From the sequence record PV764938.1: a stretch of 64,000 nucleotides of DNA; one strand, 5' to 3'. Within the stretch, counting starts at the first letter, position 1. Every line of letters begins with the position of its first letter. Position numbers and translations under genes: made by a program. This document shows positions 17,675-26,338 of this stretch, one piece after another. The notes under the pieces are model-generated. The model saw nothing but the letters and a program-made list of their open reading frames with translations. It made no database searches and was not told the DNA's origin.

Positions 17675-17941
17675 ATGAGCGCTCATAAGAATTCCGAACG
17701 CGCGGTAAACAAGAAGGGACTGACCGTTGAGGTTCGTGCTGGCCGTGACGAGAAGGAAGCAAAGAACAACCTGGAGCACGCGATTAAGCTGTTGAAGCGT
17801 CGCGTAATGCAGGAAGGCCTTATCAAGGACCTGCGTAAGAACGAATACGCAGAAACCAAGGGCCAGGTTCGCCGTCGCAAGCACAAGGAAGCAGTTCGCC
17901 GTAACGCGAAGACAATGCGTCTGAATCGAGACAAGGCATGA
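17675..17941 (+). CDS. rpsU: 30S ribosomal protein bS21
   Basis: TVEVR...NNLEHAIKLLKRRVMQEGLIKDLRKNEYAETKGQVRRRK matches the bS21 pattern. Confidence 0.85.
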   Translation: MSAHKNSERAVNKKGLTVEVRAGRDEKEAKNNLEHAIKLLKRRVMQEGLIKDLRKNEYAETKGQVRRRKHKEAVRRNAKTMRLNRDKA

Positions 17942-18075
17942 TTTACTTTATTGTCGGTGTCGGAGTCGGTTACGTCTTGGGCAACCAGGACGTAAAAGAT
18001 TACCTAGGAGACAAGTTTGAGATTATTCAAAGCTTTTTTGTCAATCTTTACAAGGATCTCACCGGCAAGTGGTAA
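17938..18075 (+). CDS. small membrane protein (45 aa)
   Basis: MIYFIVGVGVGYVLGNQDVKDYL...; ATGA overlap. Confidence 0.55.
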   Translation: MIYFIVGVGVGYVLGNQDVKDYLGDKFEIIQSFFVNLYKDLTGKW

Positions 18076-18210
18076 ACTTCCTCGGAAACGTTCTTGGACT
18101 TTTACTGTTGGTTCTAGTGTTGTTGGCTTTACTTTCGACCAACACTCACATAAACGAGGACCTGCAGATGTTCATGATGATCACAGCAATCAGTTAAAAG
18201 GAAACACAGA

Positions 18211-18327
18211 ATGACAACGTTTATCGTTGGTGTAGTTGTCGGCCTCATCGTAGGTTGGAACTTCCTGAAGCAGCCCGAGTGGGTAGCAACTAACGTTGCA
18301 AAGCTTCGTGCAAAGCTGGGCCTCTAA
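18211..18327 (+). CDS. small membrane protein (38 aa)
   Basis: MTTFIVGVVVGLIVGWNFLKQPEWV...; AAAGGA RBS. Confidence 0.6.
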   Translation: MTTFIVGVVVGLIVGWNFLKQPEWVATNVAKLRAKLGL

Positions 18328-18379
18328 GGCTTGCGCAAATCTCCTCTAGGAAGTATATCTTAGGGGAGATTTTCCATAT

Positions 18380-18817
18380 GTGAGTACCATGATGTTTGAT
18401 TTCAAGCCAGGCGAAAAGCATTTGATTAACGGCGGTAAGCTGGTAGCCCTCAAGTTAGCGTCCGACCGCTTGAATTTGTCCTACTACTTGAACAGCTTCA
18501 AGCCTCACACCCAACGCGATGGAACCTATCGCCGAAACTGTGATTTCCTTGGCTTCCTCGAGGAGTTTGGCTCAAACTGTGGACACAAGGCTGCTGGACA
18601 AAGTTTTGTTGCGGTTCACATTTTCGAGCAAAACTGGGATTGGGAGCTAACGTTGAAGGATGGAATAAACGCACAGTCGCATCCGTGGGTCCTATTCTTT
18701 CAGGGCTGTGATGACATTTCCTATTATAAGCGGTTTCAAACATATGCTGAGCTGCAAGAGGAATGGGATTCAACGCTGACTTTCACGGCTACTGATTCGC
18801 ATTTTGTTTGCAACTAG
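18380..18817 (+). CDS. hypothetical protein
   Basis: 145-aa ORF. Confidence 0.6.
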   Translation: MSTMMFDFKPGEKHLINGGKLVALKLASDRLNLSYYLNSFKPHTQRDGTYRRNCDFLGFLEEFGSNCGHKAAGQSFVAVHIFEQNWDWELTLKDGINAQSHPWVLFFQGCDDISYYKRFQTYAELQEEWDSTLTFTATDSHFVCN

Positions 18818-18820
18818 GTG

Positions 18821-18848
18821 TTGACTTAGTTCCTGTTTCTGTTATTTT
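18821..18848 (+). promoter_or_regulatory. sigma70-type promoter
   Basis: TTGACT-N14-GT-TATTTT. Confidence 0.6.
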
Positions 18849-18874
18849 ACAGACATAGGAAGAAGGACACGCAA

Positions 18875-19141
18875 ATGACGCCGGTACAACAGCTTGAGGC
18901 AATCTTCGCATATGTCCGTAAAAACGGCAAATACGTAGAGCGTGACTACAAGACGATCGGCGGTATGTGGATAGTGGATACTTGGGTCCTCAACGATATT
19001 AAAGTCCAACTGATGGATGAAGGTTCGACGCAAGCTGTAATTGCAGATGGCCTCAACGCTCATTCCACTTGTGGACGGCCTGTGAATTACTCACAGGGTA
19101 CTGAAGTTGAAATCACAGCAGTTTACGAAAGCCTAAAGTAA
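18875..19141 (+). CDS. hypothetical protein
   Basis: 88 aa, AAGGA RBS. Confidence 0.7.
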   Translation: MTPVQQLEAIFAYVRKNGKYVERDYKTIGGMWIVDTWVLNDIKVQLMDEGSTQAVIADGLNAHSTCGRPVNYSQGTEVEITAVYESLK

Positions 19142-19147
19142 GTTAGC

Positions 19148-19357
19148 ATGACCATGTTTATGACCAATGAAATCGCTACCGCGCATCGTGTTCCGACCTA
19201 CGAATTCGTGACTCCTGTTCTGCGTTCAAAAATCCGTGCATTCTCTGAAGCCGAAGCCATCGAACGCGTCAATGCCCTCTACATGGGATTCACCGATCGC
19301 GAAGGAACTTGGAAAAAAGTTGGCGATTTTGAATTTTCGTGGGAATCAAAGGCATAA
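19148..19357 (+). CDS. small hypothetical protein
   Basis: 69 aa. Confidence 0.6.
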   Translation: MTMFMTNEIATAHRVPTYEFVTPVLRSKIRAFSEAEAIERVNALYMGFTDREGTWKKVGDFEFSWESKA

Positions 19358-19403
19358 ATAGAAATAGCTGGGAAACGCCATGTGTGCGGATCTCGGTGAT
19401 GAT

Positions 19404-19478
19404 GCGGATGTAGCTCAGCGGTAGAGTCCCTGCTTGCCATGCAGGTTGTCGAGAGTTCGAATCTCTTCGTCCGCTCCA
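19404..19478 (+). tRNA. tRNA-Gly(GCC)
   Basis: GCGGATG/CGTCCGC-T-CCA; CCTGC-TTGCCAT-GCAGG; canonical T arm. Confidence 0.95.
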
Positions 19479-19513
19479 AATAAAGGTTGAGAATCACGAG
19501 CTCAGCTTTTCCT

Positions 19514-19544
19514 AAGAGGATGGTCTTTATGACCATCCTCTTTT
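19514..19544 (+). terminator. intrinsic terminator
   Basis: AAGAGGATGGTC-TTTAT-GACCATCCTCTTTT. Confidence 0.8.
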
Positions 19545-19587
19545 CATATCTTGACTTACTTCATGCCTAGTTCGTAATTATTGATGT

Positions 19588-19863
19588 ATGAAAATAATTA
19601 CAGATTTCGAAACTACGATGGGCCACAGTCTTGTGCTGGAATTTGAGGCACAAGATCCATTGTGCCAAACATTCGTGGATTATGTAGCAAGTCTTCCTCC
19701 ACCTAATAAGCTAAGGGAATTGAAAGTCTACATAACTCAATATCCTACAAGACCAGTATATCGGAATGGTATGACTAAGCTTCAACGAATTCCTATTCGT
19801 AAGTTTTGTGTTGATTTTGCACAACATGAACGTGTTATTCTGAAACTTGCTTTGGGTATCTAA
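19588..19863 (+). CDS. small hypothetical protein, LKL-motif family
   Basis: Ends VDFAQHERVILKLALGI. Confidence 0.7.
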   Translation: MKIITDFETTMGHSLVLEFEAQDPLCQTFVDYVASLPPPNKLRELKVYITQYPTRPVYRNGMTKLQRIPIRKFCVDFAQHERVILKLALGI

Positions 19864-19868
19864 CATCC

Positions 19869-20114
19869 ATGCACATGAAAACCGCAGGTCCCTATGAGGA
19901 CGATGGCCTTTACACGCTCTGGGTCCACGTATATCGGAATTCCGAAGATTCCGCTCGCGTCCTCGAGTTCTGTGAAGCAACAGGTATTTTTGGACGTTGG
20001 AGTGATTATGATCTCGATGCGTGGTGGGGCTCAGTAGCCAAACGCTGCACAGTCGTCGAGTTCAAAGACATAGATCGAAACACTCTGCTCATGCTTCAAC
20101 TGGGTTTGAAGTGA
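19869..20114 (+). CDS. small hypothetical protein, LKL-motif family
   Basis: Ends VEFKDIDRNTLLMLQLGLK. Confidence 0.7.
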   Translation: MHMKTAGPYEDDGLYTLWVHVYRNSEDSARVLEFCEATGIFGRWSDYDLDAWWGSVAKRCTVVEFKDIDRNTLLMLQLGLK

Positions 20115-20130
20115 CGCCTTAAATAGGCAT

Positions 20131-20355
20131 ATGGGGCATAGATTGATTACTGAAATGTATGAGCACGATGGCCAAGTCGAACTCGTCTACGGGTGCGATA
20201 CTTGGGAAGAAGCCGTGCGTATTCATGGCATCGCAACTGAACTTGGATACCTTTGCTATCCATCTCAAGCCGCGCTTGTCCGTCACCAATCCACATTCGT
20301 CCGAATCATCACCACCGATGATAAAGATCGCGTTATCTTGAAGCTTGCGCTATGA
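20131..20355 (+). CDS. small hypothetical protein, LKL-motif family
   Basis: Ends IITTDDKDRVILKLAL. Confidence 0.7.
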   Translation: MGHRLITEMYEHDGQVELVYGCDTWEEAVRIHGIATELGYLCYPSQAALVRHQSTFVRIITTDDKDRVILKLAL

Positions 20356-20579
20356 GTGACCTCAAGATCCTTTTCAAGACTCCAGGGCCCGATAACAAGG
20401 TTGGCGTTTGCATGGGGTTCTTCTCAGAGGAAGCTCACCGTCATCTAGGCGAGTGGACTGAATCTGAAAATCTCGATGCCGCATTCACCTATGATACGTC
20501 TTCGGCTTTGTATTCGGGCGTCGTATACATACACGATTGCACCGAACAACAGCTCATGATTTTGAAGTTGATGACATGA
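20352..20579 (+). CDS. small hypothetical protein, LKL-motif family
   Basis: Ends YIHDCTEQQLMILKLMT; ATGA overlap. Confidence 0.7.
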   Translation: MSDLKILFKTPGPDNKVGVCMGFFSEEAHRHLGEWTESENLDAAFTYDTSSALYSGVVYIHDCTEQQLMILKLMT

Positions 20580-20863
20580 TCACGACTGTCTATCCGATTC
20601 AAGACCGCACTCATCCAATGTTCGTGAATATCCGCATAAGCGAGATTCATTCAGAACGTAGCCTGATGCTTTGTGAGGCAAATGCGGTTCTCAGCGTGGT
20701 GACTGAGACACCCGCTGATGTGGATGAACTAGAAGAATACCTTAGGGAGTCCGATGGTATTCTTCTGCATAATCATGTGCTTACCACTGGGGTTTCGGTG
20801 AATTTCATCGGCTACGGATCTATTGAAGAAATGATGATTGGAAAGCTGACATTATCGGCATGA
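20576..20863 (+). CDS. small hypothetical protein, LKL-motif family
   Basis: ATGA overlap at 20576. Ends FIGYGSIEEMMIGKLTLSA. Confidence 0.7.
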   Translation: MITTVYPIQDRTHPMFVNIRISEIHSERSLMLCEANAVLSVVTETPADVDELEEYLRESDGILLHNHVLTTGVSVNFIGYGSIEEMMIGKLTLSA

Positions 20864-21111
20864 GTATTACAATTCACGAACGACAATTTCCGTATCTGGG
20901 TTACCAAGTCCGAATCAATCCCTATAAAGAGGGTATGGAAAAGGACCTGATGGATTGGCTACATGAGACCAAAGTCGAACTCGATTATTCCGTCTACACG
21001 AGCGGGTATGGCGTCCTTTTGGATACCGTGACATTCGAGAAAATCCTCGTCTGCTATATTCGATCGATTACAGATGAACAGCGTATGCTTTTGAAGTTGA
21101 CATTCGTATGA
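20860..21111 (+). CDS. small hypothetical protein, LKL-motif family
   Basis: Ends YIRSITDEQRMLLKLTFV. Confidence 0.7.
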   Translation: MSITIHERQFPYLGYQVRINPYKEGMEKDLMDWLHETKVELDYSVYTSGYGVLLDTVTFEKILVCYIRSITDEQRMLLKLTFV

Positions 21112-21356
21112 TCCAGTTTGGCGTTAATAATATCTATGTGAATGCTGTCACTCACAGGTCCATTGAAGGCTGGGGCATCGTGAATATGCCGTATTCCGAT
21201 TATGGGCGGCTTGACGAATTCTGTAAGGAAAACGCGATTGTCATATCTCGTTGCTACCCATACCTAGTAGACTGGTCCGAAACGATTCATATGAGCGTGA
21301 TCCTGCAGGGAACTAACGCTGAAACACAAATGCTCTTAAAGTTGATGTTTTCTTAA
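21108..21356 (+). CDS. small hypothetical protein, LKL-motif family
   Basis: Ends ILQGTNAETQMLLKLMFS. Confidence 0.7.
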   Translation: MIQFGVNNIYVNAVTHRSIEGWGIVNMPYSDYGRLDEFCKENAIVISRCYPYLVDWSETIHMSVILQGTNAETQMLLKLMFS

Positions 21357-21364
21357 AAAACATA

Positions 21365-21393
21365 TTGCAATGCTTTCCAGTCCAAGCTATAAA
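21365..21393 (+). promoter_or_regulatory. sigma70-type promoter with the -10 box inside an inverted repeat
   Basis: TTGCAA-N17-TATAAA; CCAGTCC/GGACTGG flank the -10. Confidence 0.6.
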
Positions 21394-21404
21394 GGACTGG
21401 TAAT

Positions 21405-21480
21405 GACGGGGTGGCCGAGTTGGTTAGGCACTTCCCCGCAAGGGAAGGACACGTAGGTTCGAGTCCTCCCCCCGTCACCA
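21405..21480 (+). tRNA. tRNA-like RNA (nominal anticodon GCA, non-canonical anticodon loop)
   Basis: GACGGGG/CCCCGTC-A-CCA, normal D and T loops. Anticodon arm is CTTCCC-CGCAA-GGGAAG, with no U33. A73 instead of the Cys U73. Confidence 0.7.
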
Positions 21481-21502
21481 ACATTTCGGCGTAAGCCACT
21501 TG

Positions 21503-21533
21503 GCCCGGATTGCGAAAGTGGTCCGGGCTTTTT
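21503..21533 (+). terminator. intrinsic terminator
   Basis: GCCCGGAT-TGC-GAAA-GTG-GTCCGGGC-TTTTT. Confidence 0.8.
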
Positions 21534-21547
21534 GTTTGGAGGAATGA

Positions 21548-22210
21548 ATGAAGTTTGAGTCACCTTTGGATAACGCAAACATCGCTTTTGAAGATCGTCG
21601 TCTTCTAGATATTCTCTATAACGAAGCTCATCGCAAATATCACAATCGTCCTCATCCCGGGCATGTTCGCGCTTATTGCGAACGCATTCGTTTCCTTTAT
21701 GCGAATGTCTTGGATAAGATGCCGGGTTCCAAAGCTTTCAACGGTATCGGACTGAGTCTCTTCTATGACCAAGTCACGGCATGGCACGACGCCTACTATA
21801 CAATTGGCCGCTCCGATAATGAGGAACGTTCCGCAGTTTTGTTTGCTTCGTCCGCCACCGCAGACGCTCTTCCGCAGCAGATTGCCACGGATGTAACCGC
21901 AGGTATCCGCGCATCAGCGGACCACTGGAATCCACTCAATGACGCGCTTCCGACGCATATCAAAGTGTTCTTGGATGCTGATCTTTTCGAGCTCAGCACT
22001 CATTACGAAGTGTTCCATCAAAACGCCCTGAATATTTTGGATGAGTATGCAAGCCACTTTCCGTATGAGGAGTGCGTGAAGGGGCGCGAGACTTGGTACC
22101 GCAGTGTGCTGGAAAAAGATCGAATCTTTTGGATCTGCAAGGATCGTGATGATCTGGTACGCGCAAATATCGAGCGTGCCTTGAAAGAGGTTTGTAAGTG
22201 CAAGAGCTAA
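21548..22210 (+). CDS. HD-superfamily metal-dependent phosphohydrolase
   Basis: KYHN...H, WHDAYY, NEERSA, FLDADL, EY...GR pattern. Confidence 0.8.
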   Translation: MKFESPLDNANIAFEDRRLLDILYNEAHRKYHNRPHPGHVRAYCERIRFLYANVLDKMPGSKAFNGIGLSLFYDQVTAWHDAYYTIGRSDNEERSAVLFASSATADALPQQIATDVTAGIRASADHWNPLNDALPTHIKVFLDADLFELSTHYEVFHQNALNILDEYASHFPYEECVKGRETWYRSVLEKDRIFWICKDRDDLVRANIERALKEVCKCKS

Positions 22211-22389
22211 GACTAACGGTACCCGAACTTGAGGAGAAGTTCGAAGAATATTTAGACTGGCTAAATGAGACCAACGGCCGCATATATATTCTAGATGAAA
22301 ACAACGAACCAACTGTGGTGATGATCTCTGCCCAAGAAGCTAGAGAATTGGGGATGGATCTAGGCGAAGATGAAACAGGCACTGATTAA
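22198..22389 (+). CDS. Phd/YefM-like antitoxin-type small protein
   Basis: TVPELEEKFEEYLDWLNETNGRIYILDENNEPTVVMISAQE follows the Phd/YefM N-terminal pattern; acidic tail. Confidence 0.55.
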   Translation: MQELRLTVPELEEKFEEYLDWLNETNGRIYILDENNEPTVVMISAQEARELGMDLGEDETGTD

Positions 22390-22522
22390 TGTATTTGCGA
22401 CCCTCTCTGTGGTGGGATTGGTTATTGTGGTCACAGGTCTATTACTGTGGGCTACAGCAGCCATCAATGATGAGCTTACCGAACTCAAAAGAATCGTTGG
22501 CCCAGTAAACCAAGAATATTGA
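22370..22522 (+). CDS. small membrane protein (50 aa)
   Basis: Hand translation MKQALINVFATLSVVGLVIVVTGLLLWATAA... Confidence 0.5.
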   Translation: MKQALINVFATLSVVGLVIVVTGLLLWATAAINDELTELKRIVGPVNQEY

Positions 22523-22570
22523 TTTCCTGATACCAAAGCTTGCAGAGTCTCCCTAAAGGAGACTCTTATC

Positions 22571-22846
22571 GTGTCAAAATTGCTCAAGAAAATCATTCAC
22601 GTTAATCGTCATTTCATTGCTGCCAATGCCAAGGACGGCGGCAATCGTCCCGTCTATACGGTTAAAGTTGGTGGCCAGACCCGTTATGGTCGTGAAGTAG
22701 AAATCCTCGGACCTTCTCGTATGGTCTATGATGGTCGCCAGCTTTCCTGCGGTGCCCGTGCTTGGATCGAAACCGATGCCGAGATCAACATCATCGATGA
22801 AATGAGCTTCCAGGAAGCGAAATCTTTTTCTGAAACAAATAGTTAA
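22571..22846 (+). CDS. conserved hypothetical phage protein
   Basis: IHVNRH...VEILGPSRMVY...LSCGARAWIET; AAAGGAG RBS. Confidence 0.8.
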   Translation: MSKLLKKIIHVNRHFIAANAKDGGNRPVYTVKVGGQTRYGREVEILGPSRMVYDGRQLSCGARAWIETDAEINIIDEMSFQEAKSFSETNS

Positions 22847-22991
22847 AAGAATATTGAAACCAGGAATTCCTATCCTGTATAACAGATATAAGTTGTTCGC
22901 AATGAGGCGAACAACCCGGAGTAGGACAAGCTCTAGGACGCTGCCGACAAACTCCCAATAAAAAGAACACTTCGTACAGAAAGTGCAAAAC

Positions 22992-23963
22992 ATGACAGAC
23001 AATACGAGTCCCCACGACGACCAGCCAGCTCTTACGGTTGCACAAATCATTGCTCAAGATAAGCTGATGATTGACCGTAATGCGTTGCCTCATCCAGGTG
23101 ATGAAGGTGAGTTGGTGTATGTGGATCCGCGTACACTCCATATCGACCACGGTAACTACCAGCGCGAAACCAACTTGAAGCACGCAACGACCATCGGTCA
23201 GAACTTCAAGTACGAATACTCTAAAGCGGTTTCGGCGTATCGTTGCCCAACAACAGGTCGACTGTTCGTAACTGACGGACAGCACACAAGCATTGGGGCT
23301 GCTCTGGCAGGAGTGGCGCGGATCCCAGTTCTCGTTTTCAATCTGCAACAGCAGGTTTCTTCCAAAGTTCTTATCAAGCGCCAGTCCAAGCAGTTCGTGG
23401 CTATCAATAAGAACGTCAAGAAGATGGACCGTTACACGCTTCACCGCAACGAACTCATCCAAGAGGAAGCTCTTGCTGTTGAAGTTCAGGAGCTCTGCGA
23501 TAAGACCGGTGTTGTGTTGATTCCGACGAGTCAGAAGAAGAAGCGCACTCCTGGTTCTATGAGCCACGTCGATGTCGTCTACAAGAGCGTGACACAGATT
23601 GGCTCGAAGGCCGCAGAGATGGGCTTTAGGTTCCACCGCAAGTTCTGGCCACGCGAACCTATTGAACCCGTTGTATTCTGGGGTCTTGCTCGTTTCTTCA
23701 AGCAATTTGAGGCTTACCGCGCACGTGGTATTGCAGGTGCTCAGTTTGACGAAACGCTAATTTACAAGGCGCTAACCGAAGACGGTCTTCGTATGCTGAA
23801 GGACGTTCCGGATTTCCTGGAAACTTACTTCGCACAGACCGGCGCGGTCAACGCCAACAACGGTGACATTTGGCGTGCCAAGGCCATCCGCATGGCGTAT
23901 AACGACTATGTCGATGATCTGAAGCTGGGCGCGGATAAGCGTCTGGATGCAAGGATCTACTAA
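22992..23963 (+). CDS. ParB-like N-terminal domain protein (DUF6551-like)
   Basis: VDPRTLHIDHGNYQRE...FVTDGQHT motif. Confidence 0.65.
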   Translation: MTDNTSPHDDQPALTVAQIIAQDKLMIDRNALPHPGDEGELVYVDPRTLHIDHGNYQRETNLKHATTIGQNFKYEYSKAVSAYRCPTTGRLFVTDGQHTSIGAALAGVARIPVLVFNLQQQVSSKVLIKRQSKQFVAINKNVKKMDRYTLHRNELIQEEALAVEVQELCDKTGVVLIPTSQKKKRTPGSMSHVDVVYKSVTQIGSKAAEMGFRFHRKFWPREPIEPVVFWGLARFFKQFEAYRARGIAGAQFDETLIYKALTEDGLRMLKDVPDFLETYFAQTGAVNANNGDIWRAKAIRMAYNDYVDDLKLGADKRLDARIY

Positions 23964-23964
23964 T

Positions 23965-24771
23965 ATGAATGCGGTTGTAGGTTTCACAGTTGCCGAGCTT
24001 GAGTCTCGGCAACTATTTCCGATCTTTGCCAGCAACAGCGACGACGATATTTCCTTCTTCGTGGATTTTGAAGATCCGAATTGGAACGGAGACATCAAGA
24101 CGTATGTGCAGATGCTTGCGGCGAATCCAGAACTACTTGAGCGCACTACTTGTTTCAAGCGTTGTTCGAGTGCAACTAAGCTGAATCGCGAAGACTGTTT
24201 CTTTCCGATCCAGAGCTTTACTTTCACTACGAAGGGCGCCCGTGCAACGTGGGAAACCAGTGTAAAGGAAATCAAGAATCTAGCAAGTCGTGAGCAATCC
24301 CAAGCGTATCGTGCAAAGAACCTTCCGTTCCTTCGCATGTATGCGATGGGTGATCCCGAAGGTCGCATTCACTGCCCGATCTTTAACATTTGCATTGATA
24401 GTATCGAACTATTCGGAACTATTGTGAATGCGTGGGTTCAGCACCACTTTAGGTTCCTCAACGGCTTTTCCGTACATAAGGAAAACTTGGATCCCGGCGC
24501 AATACTTAGCTCAACCGACTTTAGTGTTCCATCGTCTCGGGCCTATGATGGCATCAAAGATATGGCTAGGACGATCTTCTTGAGCTCCACTGCGCATGAT
24601 GCACTCCACAAGATCAAGCGTTCCGGTGATATTGCCGATTATACCGTTGAGCAACTTCCTTGGGCTCTTCGCAGCGAAGCAAACTGGGAAGCATTTAACA
24701 CGTTTGTAATGTCCTACGGTTACGATCATCTCGGTGATTACCAGACTTGGTTCAACGAACAAAAGAATTAA
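23965..24771 (+). CDS. hypothetical protein
   Basis: 268-aa ORF, 1 nt after the upstream stop. Confidence 0.75.
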   Translation: MNAVVGFTVAELESRQLFPIFASNSDDDISFFVDFEDPNWNGDIKTYVQMLAANPELLERTTCFKRCSSATKLNREDCFFPIQSFTFTTKGARATWETSVKEIKNLASREQSQAYRAKNLPFLRMYAMGDPEGRIHCPIFNICIDSIELFGTIVNAWVQHHFRFLNGFSVHKENLDPGAILSSTDFSVPSSRAYDGIKDMARTIFLSSTAHDALHKIKRSGDIADYTVEQLPWALRSEANWEAFNTFVMSYGYDHLGDYQTWFNEQKN

Positions 24772-24803
24772 CAGATTGCTCTGGGAAACACATTCCCAGA
24801 GCA

Positions 24804-24809
24804 TAAATA
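24804..24809 (+). promoter_or_regulatory. putative T4-late-like promoter (TAAATA)
   Basis: TAAATA upstream of Hsp20. The same hexamer precedes genes at 27073 (TATAAATA 26986-93), 46489 and 54147 and, on the minus strand, 43242 and 45423. Confidence 0.45.
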
Positions 24810-24891
24810 GTTGTGGGTAAAGTACGCACTTATCCACAATGGACGCCCAAGAGGGTCCAAACGTAAACTCTCGCTATTTAGGAGAAACAAA

Positions 24892-25353
24892 ATGACTACT
24901 ATTCGCACTCTCACTTCCTCTGACATCCAGAATCTCTTCGCACGCACTGCAATTGGTGCTGAGCGTTACTTCGACGACTTCTTCTCTGCGAAGACTACTC
25001 CGAACTATCCGCCCTACGATATTGAGGCGTTGAGCGAAGATGACTACCGCATTACTTTGGCGGTTGCCGGATTCACAAAGGAAGAACTCGCAGTGTCCAT
25101 CGATAATGGCACTCTCCGTGTGAAGGGTACTCGCTTCCATGAGGAGCAAGCCTCGATCACTGAAGAAGTTCAGGAGACCAAGTACCCATTTGCGATTCAC
25201 AAGGGTATTGCGAAGCGTGACTTCGATCGTACTTTCAAGCTGATGGAATACGTGGTTGTTTCGGATGTTGCTTTGAAGGATGGTCTTCTGGTCATCAACT
25301 TGAAGCGTGAACTTCCCGAAGCTCTTAAGCCCCGTACTATTGACATCGGCTAA
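24892..25353 (+). CDS. small heat-shock protein Hsp20 (IbpA-like)
   Basis: NYPPYDIE, YRITLAVAGF, HKGIAKRDFDRTFKL, LKDGLLVINLKRELPEALKPRTIDI. Confidence 0.95.
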   Translation: MTTIRTLTSSDIQNLFARTAIGAERYFDDFFSAKTTPNYPPYDIEALSEDDYRITLAVAGFTKEELAVSIDNGTLRVKGTRFHEEQASITEEVQETKYPFAIHKGIAKRDFDRTFKLMEYVVVSDVALKDGLLVINLKRELPEALKPRTIDIG

Positions 25354-25413
25354 TCCGAGTCCTTGGACAAGCGGGTCAACGCTCGCTTGTCCTTGATATA
25401 TCTGAGGTGAAAT

Positions 25414-25977
25414 GTGGCATACGGTTCTTTGACCGTCATCTGTGGTCCCATGTATGCGGGAAAGACTACAGAAACTCTCAAGCGCATACTCTGGGCACGT
25501 AACGGTGAAAACAGAAACGTTTATGTGTTCAAACCAACATTCGATACGCGATACGGTGAATCCGAAATCGTTAGCCATGATGGTCTCCGGGCCAAGGCCG
25601 AGAATGTTAATGCAATCCCAAGCACTGAATTCAAAGAAGGCGACTTGGTCTTTTTGGATGAGATTCAGTTCTACATGGAGCCCTACTTCCGTGGGGACGT
25701 GGTTGCATGGGTCAAGTCGTTGCTCGCACAAAACGTTGAAGTGGTTGCTGCGGGTCTCGATATGGACTGGCAGGGCAATCCATTCGAGCTAACTGCGCGT
25801 TTGCTTGCCATGGCCAATGATGCTAAAAAGTTAACGGCACATTGCACGGTTTGCGGTAAGCCCGCGACCAAAACCTTTAAAAAGCAGCAGGATCCGGACT
25901 CTGGATCGGTTGAACTTGGTGCAACAGAGCTATATGAGGCTAGGTGCAATTCGCATTGGTTCTTTCCTAACGCTTGA
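25414..25977 (+). CDS. tdk: thymidine kinase
   Basis: GPMYAGKTTE, FLDEIQF, AAGLDMDWQGNPF, KLTAHCTVCG, YEARC. Confidence 0.95.
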   Translation: MAYGSLTVICGPMYAGKTTETLKRILWARNGENRNVYVFKPTFDTRYGESEIVSHDGLRAKAENVNAIPSTEFKEGDLVFLDEIQFYMEPYFRGDVVAWVKSLLAQNVEVVAAGLDMDWQGNPFELTARLLAMANDAKKLTAHCTVCGKPATKTFKKQQDPDSGSVELGATELYEARCNSHWFFPNA

Positions 25978-26038
25978 CAAGGAAAAGCTCCTAAGCTAGT
26001 TTGCAGGAAATGTTCTGTTCACAAGGATTTGAAACAAA

Positions 26039-26338
26039 ATGAGCGATACGGCAACCGCAACGGTAACCAAGACCACGATCAAGCTTCCCTCGCAGTGGAA
26101 GGTGGTCATGTTGAATGACGATTTCACCCCGATGGACTTCGTCGTTTCCGTTCTGACCAACATTTTCGACAAAACGCAGGAAGAAGCGCGTGAGTTGATG
26201 ATGGCGATCCACAACACCGGCCGTGCAGTCGTCCTCGTGACGACTCTGGAAGTCGCTCGTCAGAAGGTCGATGACACGATGAAGCTCGCGAAGAGCTACG
26301 ACTTCGACAAGTTCAAGGTAATCAAGGAGCAGGCATGA
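26039..26338 (+). CDS. clpS: Clp protease adaptor ClpS
   Basis: WKVVMLNDDFTPMDFVV...MMAIHNTGRAVV...EVARQK. Confidence 0.93.
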   Translation: MSDTATATVTKTTIKLPSQWKVVMLNDDFTPMDFVVSVLTNIFDKTQEEARELMMAIHNTGRAVVLVTTLEVARQKVDDTMKLAKSYDFDKFKVIKEQA

